From Patescibacteria group bacterium (GTDB lineage: Bacteria > Patescibacteriota > Patescibacteriia > Magasanikbacterales > JBBTQS01), in contig JBBTQS010000001.1 of NCBI GenBank assembly GCA_038065555.1, forward strand, positions 363,751-427,750: a DNA stretch of 64,000 nt, in the 5' to 3' direction. How positions within the stretch are numbered: the first letter of the stretch is position 1; the number at the start of each line of letters is the position of its first letter. Made by a program: the position numbers and the translations under genes. Positions 59,441-64,000 of the stretch are shown piece after piece. The notes under the pieces were generated by a model. It did not search any database, had not been told where the DNA came from, and was given only the letters and a program-made list of their open reading frames with translations.

Positions 59441-59614
59441 CGTCGCATTGCGAGGAGTGTGCGTTCCTTGAGGGACTCACGGAGGTCAGCCGGTCGGCCG
59501 TATTCGCCGTGAGGCGGTACGCGTTATCCGGCTGACCGAGTGCGAGACGGCCATTCCCGGTTAGGGAATGGCACGTTGTGCCCGAAAGGGATGCACACTC
59601 CTCGCAATGCGACG
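59441..59614 (+). repeat. Structured repeat element E2 (candidate ncRNA or ssDNA element)
   Basis: 22-bp perfect terminal stem CGTCGCATTGCGAGGAGTGTGC; core homologous to E1 with compensatory changes. Confidence 0.85.
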
Positions 59615-59679
59615 ATAACGCACGCGCAAAGCAAAAGACCCGCCACGAGGACGAGTCTTTGTGCGAAGTGTGCGACTGA

Positions 59680-60081
59680 TTACTTGAGAGTAACCTTTCC
59701 GCCTGCTTCTTCGATCTGCTTCTTCATTGCCTCTGCGTCTTCCTTCTTGAGGCCTTCCTTTACTACCTTTGGCGCTGCGTCTACGAGATCCTTTGCGTCC
59801 TTGAGGCCGAGACCTGTGAGTTCGCGAACGATCTTGATAACAGCGATCTTGTTAGCACCAGCTTCTGTGAGCTCAACGTTGAATTCCGTCTTCTCTTCTG
59901 CTGGTGTTGCAGCTGCTGCGCCTGCCATTGGCATCATTGCCATTGGAGCTGCAGCCGATACGCCGAACGTTTCTTCGAGAACCTTTACAAGCTCCGAAAG
60001 ATCAAGTACGGACATCGATTCGATGGACTTCACGAGAGAAGCGAACTTCTCTGGTACCACCACGTTCTTTTCTTCTGACAT
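59680..60081 (-). CDS. rplL: 50S ribosomal protein L7/L12
   Basis: [28 protein letters not shown]. Confidence 0.99.
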   Translation of the reverse strand: MSEEKNVVVPEKFASLVKSIESMSVLDLSELVKVLEETFGVSAAAPMAMMPMAGAAAATPAEEKTEFNVELTEAGANKIAVIKIVRELTGLGLKDAKDLVDAAPKVVKEGLKKEDAEAMKKQIEEAGGKVTLK

Positions 60082-60092
60082 AGGGGTTTGAT

Positions 60093-60617
60093 TTAGACTT
60101 TTGCGTCTTTAATAGCTGAAAGCACCTGTACGAAATTGCGTGGAACACCAGCGAGTACACGGACGAATCCGGTGATTGGCGCCTGGAGTGTACCAACGAG
60201 CTGTCCGAGCAACTGTTCGCGGCTTGGGAGCGACGCGAGACTCTTCACTTCCGCTGCGGAAATAAATCGTCCCTCGAGAATACCGCCGAGGATCGTGAAA
60301 GATTCATGACCCTTTGCAAAGTCTTGGAAGACCTTGGCAGCGCTAACCTCATCTTGTGTCGCAAGTCCTACCGTGAGTGTACCGCGTACTGACTCGAGAT
60401 CCACCGCTGGCTGATTCGCTTCTTTCAAAGCGATTCCTACAAGCGACTTCTTCGAAACATGACACGTTACACCAGTTGCGCGAGCTTCTGTACGGAGTTT
60501 GCTCGCCTCTTTAATCGAGACGTTCACCATGGAAGCGAATACCGCTGCCTTGGATCCGCGAAGGTGGGCCACCAAGTGACTGACACTTTCCTGCTTTTGC
60601 GCGCGAGTTTTTGGCAT
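60093..60617 (-). CDS. rplJ: 50S ribosomal protein L10
   Basis: [25 protein letters not shown]; directly upstream of rplL. Confidence 0.96.
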   Translation of the reverse strand: MPKTRAQKQESVSHLVAHLRGSKAAVFASMVNVSIKEASKLRTEARATGVTCHVSKKSLVGIALKEANQPAVDLESVRGTLTVGLATQDEVSAAKVFQDFAKGHESFTILGGILEGRFISAAEVKSLASLPSREQLLGQLVGTLQAPITGFVRVLAGVPRNFVQVLSAIKDAKV

Positions 60618-60640
60618 AAAAAACAAAAACCGTGACTAAT

Positions 60641-60761
60641 GCCACAGTCCATGAGCTACCATCTCTGGCAACTCCCGACTCTTCGACCGCTGAACTACTC
60701 CTAAAAAGAGAGTCCAAGCCTCGGCAGGGTTTATGGCGTGAGCCAACCTGCTGTCTGTGGC
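60641..60761 (-). ncRNA. Ribosomal protein L10 leader
   Basis: GCCACAGACAGCAGG...TAAACCCTGCCGAGG core closed by a GCCACAG/CTGTGGC stem, upstream of rplJ; promoter TTGACA-17-TATCCT at 60771-60799. Confidence 0.85.
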
Positions 60762-60908
60762 GATGGGGCAAGGATACACTGGCTCCTGAAACCTGTCAAG
60801 AATTACAGCAAACCCCATCCGTAGACCTTAGGTAGTAGTGTATCCTTGCTAAATCAAAACGAGCTCGGACCTTGTTGGTTCGAGCTCGCCCACCGTTCCG
60901 GTGTGTTT

Positions 60909-61871
60909 CTAGTTGGCCTTGCTGCTCTCGTATTCCTCGAGCATCTGCTCATGCTTCTTCCGCCGACGCTCGTTGCGCACGGTGTTGAAGTGAGCAGCGA
61001 TTTTCAGGATGGCTGCGCCTTCGTCCCGAAGCTGCACCTCGCGAGACCCAGGCTTGTGTTCACCGTAGAGAAGCGCGATGGCATGTCCAGGCTGTGGCAC
61101 CGACTGGGAATATGCACGAGGCTGGTGTCGGTGACCCGAAGGCATCTTGACCTCGTACACCGTCTGGCGCATGCGACCCCAGGAGTCGGTGAGTCGATCC
61201 CCGTCAGTGATCACGGTGAGTAGAGACTCTTTCACCATGGCTTCGTAGAGCTCGATCGCGAGCGAGCCCACGATCAAGTCCGACGCCCGCCAGCAGCGAT
61301 TTTCGGGCCGCTGACACTCCGTGATGAAGTCCTGCTTCTCCGCGAAATGCCCCTCCTGAATCGTAGCATTGAGCACACCGCGATGCGCCTTCTGAAGTTC
61401 ATCCCACGCGCGTCGGAAATCTCCTCGGACGATGAACCGACGCGTTTGGTGGGCCCAGTATTCGTCAGCGAGAGAGATGTCGGTCTTGCAGTAGAGCGGA
61501 TGCTCGGGGTGCGTGACCAGGTCTGCGTGATGTGCCAGGAGATGCGCGAGGACCTCGTGTCCCCGTAGAAGTTTCAGGAGTCGACGTGGACTGAGTTCAT
61601 TCTCATCCCACCACAAGGCGGGCATCTGTACCATTGCGGAGAAGAAGCATTTCTGTTGATTTGCACGAGCGAAGTGATCCTGAACCTCGACGATCAGCGC
61701 CTCACCGAACTCGAGATGGCAGCACCGACGCAGAAGTGCGCCAGCACTCATACCCTCTTCAGCCAGCTTGCAGATGATGCGCTTTGCCACCTTGAGGCTC
61801 CGCACCTGCTGAATACCCTCCACGTCATCACGGACGAAGCAGAGCAAAGACAGAAATTGATCTTGATCCAC
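60909..61871 (-). CDS. Hypothetical protein
   Basis: 320 aa; AGGAGG SD plus GTG; TTGACA-17-TATTTT promoter upstream. Confidence 0.75.
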   Translation of the reverse strand: MDQDQFLSLLCFVRDDVEGIQQVRSLKVAKRIICKLAEEGMSAGALLRRCCHLEFGEALIVEVQDHFARANQQKCFFSAMVQMPALWWDENELSPRRLLKLLRGHEVLAHLLAHHADLVTHPEHPLYCKTDISLADEYWAHQTRRFIVRGDFRRAWDELQKAHRGVLNATIQEGHFAEKQDFITECQRPENRCWRASDLIVGSLAIELYEAMVKESLLTVITDGDRLTDSWGRMRQTVYEVKMPSGHRHQPRAYSQSVPQPGHAIALLYGEHKPGSREVQLRDEGAAILKIAAHFNTVRNERRRKKHEQMLEEYESSKAN

Positions 61872-61989
61872 GAGAAGCCTCCTGTCCCAAATGGGGACAC
61901 TGTGAGTCTTTAGCCAACGACATTGTCAGCTGCTGCGCAAAATACACCAAAAGCTGGTTTTTGTCAACCTCTCCTGGCTCAATTCGCAC

Positions 61990-62811
61990 TCACGACTTAT
62001 AAAAATAGAACAAAATATCCTGAAACTTCCCTTGCTGCGCGAGCGGCATTGCGTTGGTGTGGAGGCGGTAGCCGAAGCCTGCGGTTTCCCATTGAGTGAG
62101 GAATGGGGCGAGGGCTGCGGGCTGCTGGTTGATTTGGTGGTGATATTCGAGAATGGCTTGGTCGAGATTCGTGAGGACGTTGTCTCGCGTGAGTGCGCCG
62201 ATGGCTGTGACCTCTCCGCCTTCGATGTCCATTTTGAGCAGCGACACGTTGGTCCCCAGCTCGCGTACGAATTTCGCGAGATCCACTGCTGGAACTTGCA
62301 CTGCATCGTACGCTACACGCCCTTCCACAGTACTTGTCACGAGCGAGCCAGCTGCGCGCGGATCGGTATAGAACGTCATGGTGCCGTCCGCTGCTGCGAC
62401 TGCCGCATGATGCACATGGACGTTGTGCAGAGTATTGCTCTCGATATTTTTGCGAAGTGTGATCACAGTCTGTGGATCTGCTTCGAACGCGTGAATCGTT
62501 GCTTGCGGGTACAGCCAGGAGAAATACAGCGTTGCCATGCCGATGTTGGCGCCCGCATCAATAATGAGCGGCGTCTGCGACGTCGCGCGGAAAAAATATT
62601 CATTATGCACAAAGATCTCGCGGAACAAATACCAAACATTTGCGAACGAATGCGTGTGTACAGTGAATCCAAGGATCAGCGCCTTGTCCGATGGGCGCGT
62701 GATCCACAGTTTCCAGTATGCCCCAAGAACATCCATCTTTTTTGCACGCGAAAGCGGGCTCTTTGCGAGCAGCGCCATGTCGCGAATCATTTGGTAGATC
62801 CCGCTCAACAT
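61990..62811 (-). CDS. FkbM family methyltransferase
   Basis: FREIF, IDAGANIG, AFEAD, LLKMDIEGGE, LEYH; start placed at MLSGIY. Confidence 0.93.
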   Translation of the reverse strand: MLSGIYQMIRDMALLAKSPLSRAKKMDVLGAYWKLWITRPSDKALILGFTVHTHSFANVWYLFREIFVHNEYFFRATSQTPLIIDAGANIGMATLYFSWLYPQATIHAFEADPQTVITLRKNIESNTLHNVHVHHAAVAAADGTMTFYTDPRAAGSLVTSTVEGRVAYDAVQVPAVDLAKFVRELGTNVSLLKMDIEGGEVTAIGALTRDNVLTNLDQAILEYHHQINQQPAALAPFLTQWETAGFGYRLHTNAMPLAQQGKFQDILFYFYKS

Positions 62812-62812
62812 A

Positions 62813-63505
62813 TTACGGACGGATCCACGTGCCGTGGAATGCCTTGCCACTGACCAGTCCTGGTAATTCCGCAAGGCGTTCACCTGAGAGAACCGCAACG
62901 CTAATCTTGTGCTTGCGCGCGAACTTGGTTGCAATCGGATCAAATGGCGTGTGCATTCCTGGCGTCCACTTCTCCCCTACGATTTCTTGCATTTGCTTCC
63001 ACGTGAGCGTGAGATGACGTTGCGCATCTGGAAACTGTTTCGGATCCTTGTCATACACATACTCGACGTTGCTGAGGTTCACCGCACACGTTGCCTTGTA
63101 CGCACGTGCGAGCTGCACTGCAACGAGATCCGAGGAATTACCAGGCTGATGGCCGCCAGCAATAACTACTTTTCCTTTTGGCAACTTTTTTGCGAGTGGA
63201 TTGGAGATGATCTCAGGCGCTGCAAGATCTCGCAACACACTCCAGATATATCGAGCGTTCGCGTGGGATGCGCCGATCCCTGCCCAATCCAATATTTCGT
63301 TGTCCTTGATTCCAAGTGCTCGCACGCGGTCCTGATACATGCGCGCTGGCGCACCGCCGCCAGTTACGATGACAAAACGTGTACCACCCTTCACCATGCG
63401 CGTAATGAGCGCACGGAACTGCTTTACGAACGCCACCCCATCCCCTTCTGCAGGAGCAATGAGTGATCCGCCCAGTGACATCACAATCGTCTGATTTTTC
63501 GCCAT
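62813..63505 (-). CDS. pyrH: UMP kinase, archaeal-type
   Basis: SLGGSL, VTGGGAPARMYQ, PGNSSD, NLSNVEYVYDKDP, PGMHTPFDP. Confidence 0.92.
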   Translation of the reverse strand: MAKNQTIVMSLGGSLIAPAEGDGVAFVKQFRALITRMVKGGTRFVIVTGGGAPARMYQDRVRALGIKDNEILDWAGIGASHANARYIWSVLRDLAAPEIISNPLAKKLPKGKVVIAGGHQPGNSSDLVAVQLARAYKATCAVNLSNVEYVYDKDPKQFPDAQRHLTLTWKQMQEIVGEKWTPGMHTPFDPIATKFARKHKISVAVLSGERLAELPGLVSGKAFHGTWIRP

Positions 63506-63509
63506 AGTA

Positions 63510-64000
63510 TTACAAGGTTAAGCGTGTTCCTTTGCGCGTGACCAACCCGTCGCGCACTAACGACTCTATAATAGCATGGAGCCGTGGAGTGTCGAGCATG
63601 AGGCGCTTCCCCACCTCCACCACAGTCACTGCAGATTCCGCGCGCAGGATCGTCATAATTTTGCCACGATACCATCGATTGGACCCTGCGAATACTCCTT
63701 GCGAACTCTTTGTGACATTACGTTTCACTCGTGTGCCTGCTTCGAACTGCGGTCGTGCCTTGCAGATATCTCGCAGCGGACACACAGCACACTTGGGCGC
63801 GACTGCGACGCAAATTGTTGCACCAATATCCATGAGCGCTTGGTTGAACCGATAGTGACCATCGCGAACTGTGCTGAGCTGCGCGCTGATGCGTGCGAGT
63901 TGTGCAACCACGCGTGTCTCCATTGCCTGATTGCCCGCACTCGCCGCACGCTGCGGCTGACCGAAGAACACGCGCTGCACCACACGACGATGATTCGTGT
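63510..64000 (-). CDS. mutY: A/G-specific adenine glycosylase (3' part; runs off window)
   Basis: TNHRRV, FNQALMDIGATIC..PKCAVCPL..C FeS motif, SNRWYRG. Confidence 0.88.
   Translation of the reverse strand, partial: TNHRRVVQRVFFGQPQRAASAGNQAMETRVVAQLARISAQLSTVRDGHYRFNQALMDIGATICVAVAPKCAVCPLRDICKARPQFEAGTRVKRNVTKSSQGVFAGSNRWYRGKIMTILRAESAVTVVEVGKRLMLDTPRLHAIIESLVRDGLVTRKGTRLTL

Noticed and set aside
58459-59614. E1/E2 as hammerhead, twister, pistol or HDV ribozymes, attC sites or classical IS ends
   Set aside because: No complete catalytic consensus is shared by both copies, no attC box layout is evident, and the terminal arms differ in sequence. Judged by eye only; cmscan is still needed.
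62813-63505. Archaeal-type pyrH as a recent transfer
   Set aside because: To my knowledge this form is common in CPR, and its composition looks like the backbone.
1-64000. CRISPR array, cas genes, integrase, transposase or reverse transcriptase
   Set aside because: No regularly spaced direct repeats and no recognisable catalytic motifs in any ORF.

Overview
Bacterial chromosomal window using genetic code 11. The gene content points to Patescibacteria/CPR, probably an ABY1-type lineage such as Uhrbacteria or Magasanikbacteria (inference): short HrcA and TsaB, archaeal-type PyrH, alpha2 GlyRS, DUF4012, CPR-type surface domains, and core genes that mostly lack Shine-Dalgarno (SD) sequences. The backbone is housekeeping: uvrB/uvrA, murJ, lepA, recJ, rnhA, a CIRCE-controlled hrcA-grpE-hsp20-dnaK-dnaJ operon, uppP, ndh, a MacAB-like ABC system, four tRNAs with rpmG, tpiA, glycyl-tRNA synthetase, frr, holB, mreB, tsaB, rplJ-rplL with an L10 leader, pyrH and mutY. 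Two regions stand out. (1) A ~5.9 kb accessory block between tRNA-Thr(GGU) and tRNA-Tyr holds a self-contained operon: promoter, leader-peptide attenuator, two paralogous Rossmann/HUP-like putative enzymes, a 20-aa ORF with a strong SD, and a terminator. The block also has a pair of paralogous ~97-aa proteins and an internally duplicated large protein. (2) Two diverged ~170-nt structured elements with clear compensatory base changes flank a single ORFan in inverted orientation at 58459-59614. No CRISPR array, integrase or transposase was seen. All calls come from reading the sequence by eye; no searches were run.
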